Source of the DNA: Minisyncoccota bacterium
GTDB taxonomy: Bacteria > Patescibacteriota > Minisyncoccia > Phycocordibacterales > Phycocordibacteraceae
Direction of reading: 5' to 3'
DNA length: 64,000 bases
Assembly (NCBI GenBank): GCA_028695415.1
Contig: JAQVIY010000001.1
Location: forward strand, 113,067-177,066
Part shown: positions 19,354-27,741 of the stretch, in pieces
Numbering within the stretch: position 1 is the first letter of the stretch
Layout: each line of letters starts with the position of its first letter
Program-made: the position numbers and the translations under genes
Notes under the pieces: generated by a model
Seen by the model: the letters and a program-made list of their open reading frames with translations, nothing else
The model's database searches: none
What the model was told of the DNA's origin: nothing

Positions 19354-19467
19354 GCCCCTGGCGCCCGCGTTGGGCGACATGAAAGGCCATCAATGGCGCG
19401 ACTGGTAACCACCCCGGCCGCGCCATCTTCATTTTGCATACGAAAACGAGAAGGGTATAGTGAAGGA

Positions 19468-20559
19468 ATGGCAGCAAAAGATTATTACGCGACGCTCGGC
19501 GTCGATAAGAAGGCGACCCAGGACGACATCAAGAAGGCGTTCCGGAAGCTCGCGCACAAATATCATCCTGACAAGGGTCATGCCGACGAATCAAAATTCA
19601 AAGAAATAACCGAAGCATACGCCATCTTAGGCAACGACAAGAAACGCCGCGAGTATGACACGTATGGTCAAGCATTCCCGGGTGGAGCGAACGCGGGTGG
19701 AGCGGGACAAGGCAACCCCTTTGCCGGGTTCGACTTCTCCCAATTCCAGCAAGGATTTGGAAACGGCGATATCGAGTTTGATCTGGGCGATATGTTCGGT
19801 GGCATGTTCGGCGGCGGGCGACAGGCGCGCACTCCACGCGGACGCGACATCTCTATCGACCTTGAAGTCCCATTTCAAGATGCCGTATTCGGCACAACGC
19901 GCGATGTCCTCATTGGTAAGATTTCAACCTGTGACACCTGTAAGGGGAGCGGCGCGAAACCGAACACCGAGATAACGACCTGTACGACCTGTAACGGGAG
20001 CGGCAAGATACACGAGACGCGCAATTCAATACTCGGACAGTTCAGCACCGTGCGTCCCTGTGTCGACTGCGAAGGTACCGGAAAGGTGCCAAAAGAGAAG
20101 TGCGAGGCGTGCAAGGGGCACGGCGTACGACGCAAGGAAAACAACATCCATATCGAGGTCCCCGCCGGCATAGATAACGGCGAAATGATCCGTCTGCCGC
20201 AACAGGGAGAAGCTATCAAGACCGGCGTCGCAGGCGATTTGTATGTAAAAGTGCACGTGAAGCCGCACCCGGTCTTCCGGCGCGAGGGATCAAATCTCGT
20301 CATGGATCTGCCGGTGAAGCTTACCGACGCGCTCCTCGGCACGACGGTCCCTGTCGCGACTCTGGAAGGGAAGACGCTCGAAGTGAAAATCCCCATAATG
20401 AAGCGTGCTGAGGAGTTGCTCCGCGTCGCCGGCAAGGGAATCCCTGTCAGCGGCACTCACCGCGGCGATCTCATCATCCGTCTCGAAGTCGCGCTTCCGC
20501 ACAAGCTCTCGGGTAAGGCCAAGAAATCTGTGGAAGATCTTAAGACGGAAGGCCTGTAG
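19468..20559 (+). CDS. dnaJ: Chaperone DnaJ
   Basis: HPD J-domain, G/F region, four CxxCxGxG repeats. Confidence 0.97.
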   Translation: MAAKDYYATLGVDKKATQDDIKKAFRKLAHKYHPDKGHADESKFKEITEAYAILGNDKKRREYDTYGQAFPGGANAGGAGQGNPFAGFDFSQFQQGFGNGDIEFDLGDMFGGMFGGGRQARTPRGRDISIDLEVPFQDAVFGTTRDVLIGKISTCDTCKGSGAKPNTEITTCTTCNGSGKIHETRNSILGQFSTVRPCVDCEGTGKVPKEKCEACKGHGVRRKENNIHIEVPAGIDNGEMIRLPQQGEAIKTGVAGDLYVKVHVKPHPVFRREGSNLVMDLPVKLTDALLGTTVPVATLEGKTLEVKIPIMKRAEELLRVAGKGIPVSGTHRGDLIIRLEVALPHKLSGKAKKSVEDLKTEGL

Positions 20560-20621
20560 GCTTTAGGGAAATCCCCCGCATTTGCTAGCGTCTAGCGCCT
20601 AGCGCCTTTATACTAGTTCAT

Positions 20622-21143
20622 ATGTCTGCCACTGAAGGCATCGCTCAAGTAAGCACGCTTGCGACCAATACCGCTTTGACCGCGTGGAACTTCGCGGGCG
20701 ACTTCCTCATCATTATCGTCCTCGTGTCCGTTCTCTTTTTGTACGGATGGTATGTAGGGCGCGGACCGTTCGTCGCTATCCTCCTTGCGCTCTATGCCGG
20801 ATACGCGATTTATGTCGCGTTCCCCTATACCTCGCTCCTCCCAACTGCGCCCGCCTTGACCGCGCTTCTCGCTCAAGCGGGTGTCTATCTCGGGCTCGTG
20901 TTCGTCTTCTTTATCATCCTGCGCCGCGTGGTCGTCTCTGATTTCTTGTATGTCGGCATATTCGGACTCATCGCTCTATCGTTCTTCGCGACCGCATTTC
21001 TTCTCGCGCTCGCCTACCACATATTCCCTGTAGCGGCGGTGTACCACTTCACTCCGCCCGTTGACCTTCTCTTTGCGCCTAAGGAATATTTCTTCTGGTG
21101 GTTTATCGCTCCCGGGGTCGGGCTCTTCTTCCTCGCCCGGTGA
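20622..21143 (+). CDS. Hypothetical multi-pass membrane protein
   Basis: About 5 hydrophobic segments; TATACT shortly upstream. Confidence 0.75.
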   Translation: MSATEGIAQVSTLATNTALTAWNFAGDFLIIIVLVSVLFLYGWYVGRGPFVAILLALYAGYAIYVAFPYTSLLPTAPALTALLAQAGVYLGLVFVFFIILRRVVVSDFLYVGIFGLIALSFFATAFLLALAYHIFPVAAVYHFTPPVDLLFAPKEYFFWWFIAPGVGLFFLAR

Positions 21144-21251
21144 GGACAAACTTGGCATTATATATTTATATAGCATCTTCAAATGTAACGGTATTACGCA
21201 AGGCGATGCCAAGTTGTACTACCGGGCTCGCCCGGTAACCTCTCCGTGCGT

Positions 21252-21499
21252 TGGTGTGATAAAATAAACCCCATGACGCAAGGCAACGAGAAAAACGCAG
21301 GAGAAGTGACGCTTGACGACCTGGCACAGATGGTCGCAGGCGGCTTCCAAGATATCGAAACTCGACTAGTGGGCCGAATAGACCGGCTTGAGGCAAAAAT
21401 GGACCAGAAGTTCTCTGAGGTTGACGACCGTCTTCTCAATCTTGAACGCACCACTTCGGAGACGAAGGTCGCGGTGCTTGATATGAAAGAAGATCTCGC
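21252..21499 (+). repeat. Direct repeat, copy 1 (partner 23425-23702)
   Basis: 95-nt block with 2 mismatches and a 107-nt identical block. Confidence 0.9.
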
Positions 21500-21587
21500 T
21501 GCGACGAACAGCGAGAACGAGGATAACTCCCTTCAACTCACCGACCACGAGCGTCGCATCATCGCGCTTGAGACGGCGACCGCCTAA
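21273..21587 (+). CDS. Small coiled-coil protein, copy 1 (TLDDLA.MV..GF type)
   Basis: Heptad-like pattern; paralogue at 23446. Confidence 0.75.
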   Translation: MTQGNEKNAGEVTLDDLAQMVAGGFQDIETRLVGRIDRLEAKMDQKFSEVDDRLLNLERTTSETKVAVLDMKEDLAATNSENEDNSLQLTDHERRIIALETATA

Positions 21588-21621
21588 CATTGGTCTCTTC
21601 GTCTTCGCGCGGTAGTCGCCT

Positions 21622-23418
21622 ATGGAATCTAGCGAAAATATCGAGACGCCCGTATCGCTTCGCGAGGGTGCACAAGGCGTGTGGCGGCACATGCGCGAAT
21701 ACAAGGGGACGATCATCTCCCTGAGCATCCTCGGCGTCGTCTCGGCAATAGCGAACGGTGCCGTGCCGTACGTCACCGGTCGCTTCTTCGACTCGCTCAT
21801 CGCGCTCTCGCAGGGCACAACCCTCGTGTATTCCGGGCTCCCGCTCTGGGGTGTCTTGCTTGGTACATGGGCGTTGATCCTCATAATTTCTGACGCTGTC
21901 GATTGGTGGATAGACGGCAAGCAACGCTGGCTCGGTACGAACCTTCAAATCGGTACTCAAGCCGAAGGATTCATTCATGTATTACAACTTTCTCTCTCAT
22001 TTCATACCAACGAACACATAAACGGTGTATTCGAGAGAATTAGCGCCGCCTCTTGGCGCATGAGTGAGATATCGAGGACGATTATTCAGATTGGCCCGCA
22101 GATTCTCTCGGTACTTATCGGGGTCGCGTTCGCATTCAGTATAAACACCCCTCTTGCGAGCATCCTCATGCTCGGACTTCTCGTGTATGCGATCGTACTC
22201 TCAATCCTCTTGCGCGGAACTGCCGAAAGAGATTCCATCGCGCACCGCCGATGGAATGACTCTTGGAACGACGCGGCAGCAGCAGCCAGCCAAGCCACCT
22301 CGGTCAAGCAAGCGGCAGCTGAGACATACGAGATACGTCGCATCGACAAAACGATGCGCAATGAGGCCGCAGGGCTCTGGTATGCGAACGAGCTTGTCTG
22401 GAACCGAATCAATTTCTGGCAACGTACCATCGTATTCCTCACACAATTTTCCGTTTTCATCTTCTCTGTCTATTACATCCGCATAGGAGCTATCACTATC
22501 GGCGAACTTGTGGCACTCAACAGCTACGCAGGTATGTTCTTTGGTCCGCTCGTCACCTTCGGTTCAAGCTGGCAGATTATCCGCAACGGCTTCACTTCAG
22601 CAGGACGCGTCAATCGGATCTTCACTCAACCGACCGAAAACTATCACCCGAAAAATTCCCACACATCAGGCAGCACATCTGGAACAGTCACGTTCGATGA
22701 TGTCACCTTCAACTACGAGGCCGGGCAGGAACCAGTGCTCACACATTTTTCCTTTGAAGCGAAGCCGGGCGAGTCGGTCGCCTTTGTCGGCGAGTCGGGA
22801 GTGGGGAAGAGCACGGCCGTCTCGCTCATATCTGCATATTATTTCCCGAACGAAGGTCGCGTGACCGTCGACGGCGTCGACACGCGACAGTGGGATCTGA
22901 CCGCGCTTCGCTCACGCATCGCGGTCGTGCCGCAGGAGGTCGCACTCTTCAACGACACGATTCGCACCAATATCCGCTACGGTACCTTCGACGCCTCCGA
23001 CGCGGCGGTCGAGGCCGCCGCGCGCGAGGCGCACATCCACGACTTCATCATGAAGCAGCCAGCCGGCTATGACACCATCGTCGGCGAGCGCGGCATCAAG
23101 CTCTCGGTAGGGCAGAAGCAGCGCCTCGCAATCGCCCGCGCGATACTCCGCAACCCCGAGTTCCTCATCCTAGACGAGCCGACCTCTGCGCTCGACCCCG
23201 AGACCGAACAGCTCGTCACCGAGTCACTCCAGAAGCTCATGAAGGGGCGCACGACCTTCATCATCGCGCACCGCCTCTCGACGGTACGCCACGCTGACCA
23301 TATTCTCGTGGTGAAGGACGGCACCATCGCCGAGCAGGGCTCTCACGCGACCCTCATGAGGATCACGGGCGGCGTCTATCGCCATCTCTACGAGCTCCAC
23401 GTCGGGCTACATGAGTAG
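21622..23418 (+). CDS. ABC exporter, fused TMD-NBD (MsbA/multidrug-like)
   Basis: 6-TM N-terminal half; GESGVGKS, LSVGQKQR, LILDEPTSALD, IAHRLST. Confidence 0.93.
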   Translation: MESSENIETPVSLREGAQGVWRHMREYKGTIISLSILGVVSAIANGAVPYVTGRFFDSLIALSQGTTLVYSGLPLWGVLLGTWALILIISDAVDWWIDGKQRWLGTNLQIGTQAEGFIHVLQLSLSFHTNEHINGVFERISAASWRMSEISRTIIQIGPQILSVLIGVAFAFSINTPLASILMLGLLVYAIVLSILLRGTAERDSIAHRRWNDSWNDAAAAASQATSVKQAAAETYEIRRIDKTMRNEAAGLWYANELVWNRINFWQRTIVFLTQFSVFIFSVYYIRIGAITIGELVALNSYAGMFFGPLVTFGSSWQIIRNGFTSAGRVNRIFTQPTENYHPKNSHTSGSTSGTVTFDDVTFNYEAGQEPVLTHFSFEAKPGESVAFVGESGVGKSTAVSLISAYYFPNEGRVTVDGVDTRQWDLTALRSRIAVVPQEVALFNDTIRTNIRYGTFDASDAAVEAAAREAHIHDFIMKQPAGYDTIVGERGIKLSVGQKQRLAIARAILRNPEFLILDEPTSALDPETEQLVTESLQKLMKGRTTFIIAHRLSTVRHADHILVVKDGTIAEQGSHATLMRITGGVYRHLYELHVGLHE

Positions 23419-23424
23419 TAGTGC

Positions 23425-23702
23425 TGGTGTGATAAAATAAACCCCATGACGCAAGGCAACGAGAAAAACGCAGGAGAAGTGACGCTTGACGACCTGGCGC
23501 AGATGGTCGCAGGTGGCTTTTCTGAAATGCACGAGGAGATGCATGGTCTTGAAGAACGACTGGATGGACTCGGTGGCCGAATGGGTCGTCTCGAAGCAAA
23601 AATGGACCAGAAGTTCTCTGAGGTTGACGACCGTCTTCTCAATCTTGAACGCACCACTTCGGAGACGAAGGTCGCGGTGCTTGATATGAAAGAAGATCTC
23701 GC
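23425..23702 (+). repeat. Direct repeat, copy 2 (partner 21252-21499)
   Basis: See copy 1. Confidence 0.9.
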
Positions 23703-23790
23703 GGCGACGCATATCGCAAACGAGAATAATTCTCACCAACTCATCGGTCACGAACACCGCATCGCGACGCTTGAAGCAAGCGTCGCGTAA
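23446..23790 (+). CDS. Small coiled-coil protein, copy 2
   Basis: Paralogue of 21273-21587, 10 aa longer in the middle. Confidence 0.75.
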   Translation: MTQGNEKNAGEVTLDDLAQMVAGGFSEMHEEMHGLEERLDGLGGRMGRLEAKMDQKFSEVDDRLLNLERTTSETKVAVLDMKEDLAATHIANENNSHQLIGHEHRIATLEASVA

Positions 23791-23796
23791 CATGCT

Positions 23797-25053
23797 ATGA
23801 CTAGTCTCGCAGACGATTTGCAGGCACGCGGGCTCATTGAGCTCTCGTCTGCTGAACCGGAGAAGATACTCTCCACACCGCGTACCGCGTATATCGGCAC
23901 CGACCCGACTGCCGACTCTCTTCATGTTGGCCATCTCGCGTGGATACTCCTTATGAAGCGCCTTGGCGACGCCGGCCATAAGCTCCTGATTCTCGTCGGC
24001 GGCGGTACCGGTATGATTGGCGACCCGAAAGAGACGGGCGAGCGCCCTATGCTCGATGAGAAAACGGTTGCTCGTAATACTCGCGCGCTCAAAGCACAAT
24101 TGAAACAAATCCTCGGGCGCGTTCCGTTCAAGATGGTCGATAACGCCGATTGGCTTATGGGCACCAAGCTCATACCGTTCCTGCGCGATGTGGGGAAATA
24201 TTTCACCGTAAACGATTTGATAAAACGCGAAATTATCAAGAAGCGGCTCGATGATCCTAACGAGAGCATTTCGTATACTGAGTTCACTTATGCGCTCCTG
24301 CAGGGCTTCGATTACTACACGCTTCACCAGAAGTACGGCGTCGACCTACAGCTCGGCGGCTCTGATCAATGGACGAATGTCCTCTCGGGCGTCGACCTTA
24401 TCCATAAGCGCCTCGGTACGCAGGTGTATGCGCTCGGGATGCCGCTCGTTACTGACGCCTCGGGCAAGAAGTTTGGCAAGTCAGAAGGGAATGCGATCTG
24501 GCTCGACCCGAAGAAGACTTCGCCCTTCCGCTTCTACCAGTTCTGGATAAACCTCCCCGATGCCGGCATCGAGAAATACCTGAAGACCTACACTTTCCTC
24601 CCGCTCAATGAAATAAGCGCTCTTATGGAGCTCCATACCCGCAATCCGGGCGAGCGTCAGGCACAAGAGACCCTCGCACGGCTCGTGACCGAGATTGTCC
24701 ACGGCCCCGCGGCAGTCGCTCAAGCCGCCGCCGCCTCTGATGCGCTGTTTGGTGAGACACCGTTCCACGAGCTCTCGGGACCAGCACTCCAAGTCGCGCT
24801 CGCCGAAGCGCCGTCCGTCACCCTTTCCAAGAAAGACGTCGCCGATGGCTCTTCGCTTGCTGAAGCGCTTGTCGCAGGCGGCCTTGCGACGTCGAAATCA
24901 GATGCGCGACGACTCATCGAAGGGAAGGGCATCACGCTCTCGGGTCAGACCATCACCGACCCTGATCTAAAGCTCTATCCGGGCGATCTCTCACACGGCT
25001 ATGCGCTCGTGCGCAAGGGTAAACAGGGTGTGCTGATTCTCGTTTTGAAATAA
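23797..25053 (+). CDS. tyrS: Tyrosine--tRNA ligase
   Basis: DPTADSLHVGH, QLGGSDQW, KFGKS, C-terminal S4 domain. Confidence 0.97.
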   Translation: MTSLADDLQARGLIELSSAEPEKILSTPRTAYIGTDPTADSLHVGHLAWILLMKRLGDAGHKLLILVGGGTGMIGDPKETGERPMLDEKTVARNTRALKAQLKQILGRVPFKMVDNADWLMGTKLIPFLRDVGKYFTVNDLIKREIIKKRLDDPNESISYTEFTYALLQGFDYYTLHQKYGVDLQLGGSDQWTNVLSGVDLIHKRLGTQVYALGMPLVTDASGKKFGKSEGNAIWLDPKKTSPFRFYQFWINLPDAGIEKYLKTYTFLPLNEISALMELHTRNPGERQAQETLARLVTEIVHGPAAVAQAAAASDALFGETPFHELSGPALQVALAEAPSVTLSKKDVADGSSLAEALVAGGLATSKSDARRLIEGKGITLSGQTITDPDLKLYPGDLSHGYALVRKGKQGVLILVLK

Positions 25054-25085
25054 GGACCGAAATCGGCTATACTGCCGGAGTAATT

Positions 25086-25172
25086 GCGTCGGTGGCGGAG
25101 TGGTCAATCGCAACAGACTGTAAATCTGTCGGGCATAGCCCTACGAAGGTTCGAATCCTTCCCGGCGCACCA
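25086..25172 (+). tRNA. tRNA-Tyr (GTA)
   Basis: Acceptor GCGTCGG/CCGGCGC; anticodon arm ACAGA-CTGTAAA-TCTGT; long variable arm; GGTTCGAATCC; CCA end. Confidence 0.95.
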
Positions 25173-25224
25173 TAGTTTGGGCAGAAGGAATCCCCGCCGG
25201 GGCGGGGATCGTGTTGTAGCCGAT

Positions 25225-25362
25225 CTACATCGGGCATCCTGCAACAAACCAAAGGAAAATCCCGATCACCACGAAAACGCCTGCAAGCTTCGAGAAAAAC
25301 GGTACTCGAACTTTGTCTTCAGCCGAGGTCGTGGGGTAGGGAATAACGGAACGTCTGAACAT
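25225..25362 (-). CDS. Putative small single-TM peptide (45 aa)
   Basis: MFRRSVIPYPTTSAEDKVRVPFFSKLAGVFVVIGIFLWFVAGCPM; GGAG SD; hairpin at 25189-25209 downstream. Confidence 0.45.
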   Translation of the reverse strand: MFRRSVIPYPTTSAEDKVRVPFFSKLAGVFVVIGIFLWFVAGCPM

Positions 25363-25456
25363 TGGAATCTCCAGAAAATTGAACGAAAGTTTGACGCGCT
25401 CCCTATCGGGGATTACTCTAGTGATAGGCAATGTCAAGATGTGCTACCGTATCCGT

Positions 25457-26533
25457 ATGGATTTCCTCTATCGGCACGCCTTGAAGCCACTCATGTTCAA
25501 ATGCAATCCGGAGACGATGCACGACCTTTTTGTGACTATCGGCGAATTCTCCGGTCGATTCTGGGTACTACGAAAGCTCTTCGCACTCATCTACGGCTAT
25601 CGCGGTCCAGATATAAGCAAGGTAGTTGACGGCGTCACGTATCGCACCCCCGTCCTCCTTTCGGCGGGATTCGATGCAAACGGCCAGCTTACGCGTATTC
25701 TCCCCTCGCTCTCTTTCGGCGGGGAAGAAATAGGCTCGATCACCGCGCACCCTTGCGAGGGCAATCCGCGCCCGCGCCTCACCCGCCTCATTCGCAACAA
25801 GAGTCTCGTGGTCTACAAGGGCCTGCGCAATCACGGCGTTGATGCGCTTATCTCGAAACTAAAGCGCACGCCTCGCATGCCAAACTACGTGCTCGGTATC
25901 TCGATAGCACGCACGAACGTTCCCGAAGCCGCAGCCGACGTCGAAGCGGGCGTTCGCGACTACGCTGAATCCTTCAGGAAGCTCGTTGAGTCAAATACCG
26001 GCGATTACTACACCATCAACATTTCGTGCCCCAACTCCTATACCGGCGAGACGTTCATAGAGCCCGCACTCCTCGCGCGCCTTTTGCCGCACATCAAAGA
26101 GATATCGCATCACCAGCCGGCGTATCTGAAAATGCCTATCAATATCCCGTGGGAGCAATTCTCGGCGCTTCTCGATATTGCCGACACCAACGGCATCGAG
26201 GGCGTCATCATCGGCAATTTGAATAAAAACTACAGCCACTTGAACCACCCTGAGGATGCGCCAAAAGAATTCCGAGGCGGCCTCTCCGGTTCACCAACAT
26301 TCAAACTTTCTAACGAGCTTATTAAGAAAACACGCGAGAAGTACGGAAAGAGATTCACTATCATCGGCACCGGCGGCATCTTTAGCGCGGACGATGCGAT
26401 GGCGAAGTTCGATGCAGGAGCCGACCTCATTCAGCTCGTCTCGGGGATGATATTCGAGGGTCCGGGACTCATGCAAAAAATCTGCAAGAAATATGCAGAA
26501 AGAAAAACCCCCGCCGGAGCGGGGAAAGGCTAA
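25457..26533 (+). CDS. pyrD: Dihydroorotate dehydrogenase, class 2-like
   Basis: N-terminal PE.MH helix, LSAGFD, GNPRPRL.RL, NISCPN, GGLSG, IIGTGGI. Confidence 0.9.
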   Translation: MDFLYRHALKPLMFKCNPETMHDLFVTIGEFSGRFWVLRKLFALIYGYRGPDISKVVDGVTYRTPVLLSAGFDANGQLTRILPSLSFGGEEIGSITAHPCEGNPRPRLTRLIRNKSLVVYKGLRNHGVDALISKLKRTPRMPNYVLGISIARTNVPEAAADVEAGVRDYAESFRKLVESNTGDYYTINISCPNSYTGETFIEPALLARLLPHIKEISHHQPAYLKMPINIPWEQFSALLDIADTNGIEGVIIGNLNKNYSHLNHPEDAPKEFRGGLSGSPTFKLSNELIKKTREKYGKRFTIIGTGGIFSADDAMAKFDAGADLIQLVSGMIFEGPGLMQKICKKYAERKTPAGAGKG

Positions 26534-26719
26534 AACGAACACGGCAAAACAGGTCATCGCCCACGTGCCGGAAACGAGTGCCATGGCGATTGCCGTCTCT
26601 GTCGCGGCTTCAAGAACTGCTTTCTGCAGCGGGTGCAAAGGGAACATGATTGAACCCTCCTTTCTGCTTCAACGATATCGCTCCGCAATGGTTCGTCAAG
26701 GTATGCTATGGTACAACAT

Positions 26720-27679
26720 ATGTCCGGCTCTAAACCCGTACTCGTCTCCGGCGTAAAGCCGACCGGCGACCTGCATATCGGCAACTACTTTGGCGCGATG
26801 CGTCAGCAAGTCGAGCTCGCAAAAAGCGGCAAATATACGCCGTTCATATTCGTCGCTGACTACCACGCCTTGAACACGATGCAAGACGCCGAGGAAATGC
26901 GTCGCCGCACCCGCGAGCTCGTGATGGCGTATCTCGCCGTCGGCCTCGACCCAAAAGAGGTCACCTTCTTCAAGCAGTCAGACGTACCGGCGCATACTGA
27001 ACTCTGTTGGATATTCGACGCTATCACCACGATGCCCTACCTCATGCGTGCGCACGCTTTCAAGGACGCGGAGGCAAAAAATAAAGAAATAACCGTCGGT
27101 ACCTTCAACTACCCGATGCTCATGGCGGCCGACATCCTCCTCTACGACGCGGCAATCGTACCGGTAGGGCAGGACCAGAAACAGCACATCGAATATGCAC
27201 GCGACACCGCCGAGAAATTCAATCGCATCTTCAAAGAAGAGGTGTTCACGCTTCCCGAGCCGTACATCATGCCCGAGGTCGCCGTCGTCCCCGGCACCGA
27301 CGGGCAGAAGATGAGCAAGAGCTACGGGAACGTCATCCCGCTCTTCGCTTCGAGAGACGAGCTTACAAAGGCGGTGATGAGTATCGTGACCGACTCTTCA
27401 GGCGGCCGCCCTGAAAATGTGTTCGCCATTCATAAGCTTATCCGCGACGAATCAGAGCTCAACTCCGTGTATGAGCGGAACGCGGGGAATTATAAGGCGT
27501 TGAAAGAGATGCTTATCGAAGACCTCGATGTATTCATCACGCCGATGCGGGTGAAATATGAAGAACTCAAACGTGACCCCAGCATCGTCGACGCTGCTCT
27601 CACGAAGGGTCGCCAAGAAGCCCGCGCCGTCTCTGAAGCAAAGATGCAGGAGGTACGCCACGCTATTGGTGTGGCGTAA
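26720..27679 (+). CDS. trpS: Tryptophan--tRNA ligase
   Basis: SGVKPTG.LHIGNY, YPMLMAADIL, VPVGQDQKQH, KMSKS. Confidence 0.97.
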   Translation: MSGSKPVLVSGVKPTGDLHIGNYFGAMRQQVELAKSGKYTPFIFVADYHALNTMQDAEEMRRRTRELVMAYLAVGLDPKEVTFFKQSDVPAHTELCWIFDAITTMPYLMRAHAFKDAEAKNKEITVGTFNYPMLMAADILLYDAAIVPVGQDQKQHIEYARDTAEKFNRIFKEEVFTLPEPYIMPEVAVVPGTDGQKMSKSYGNVIPLFASRDELTKAVMSIVTDSSGGRPENVFAIHKLIRDESELNSVYERNAGNYKALKEMLIEDLDVFITPMRVKYEELKRDPSIVDAALTKGRQEARAVSEAKMQEVRHAIGVA

Positions 27680-27741
27680 CCGTCCGCTCAAACTCGAACC
27701 ACCCCGCAAAAGACCGCGGGGTGTGGTATTTTATAGGGTAT

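Noticed and set aside
20584-20606. Three tandem CTAGCGY heptamers after dnaJ
   Set aside because: Too short to support a function.
25189-27720. Shared CCCCGC/GCGGGG stems as mobile-element ends flanking pyrD
   Set aside because: The same stem occurs after rpsI, dnaK and trpS, so it is better explained as a common terminator style.
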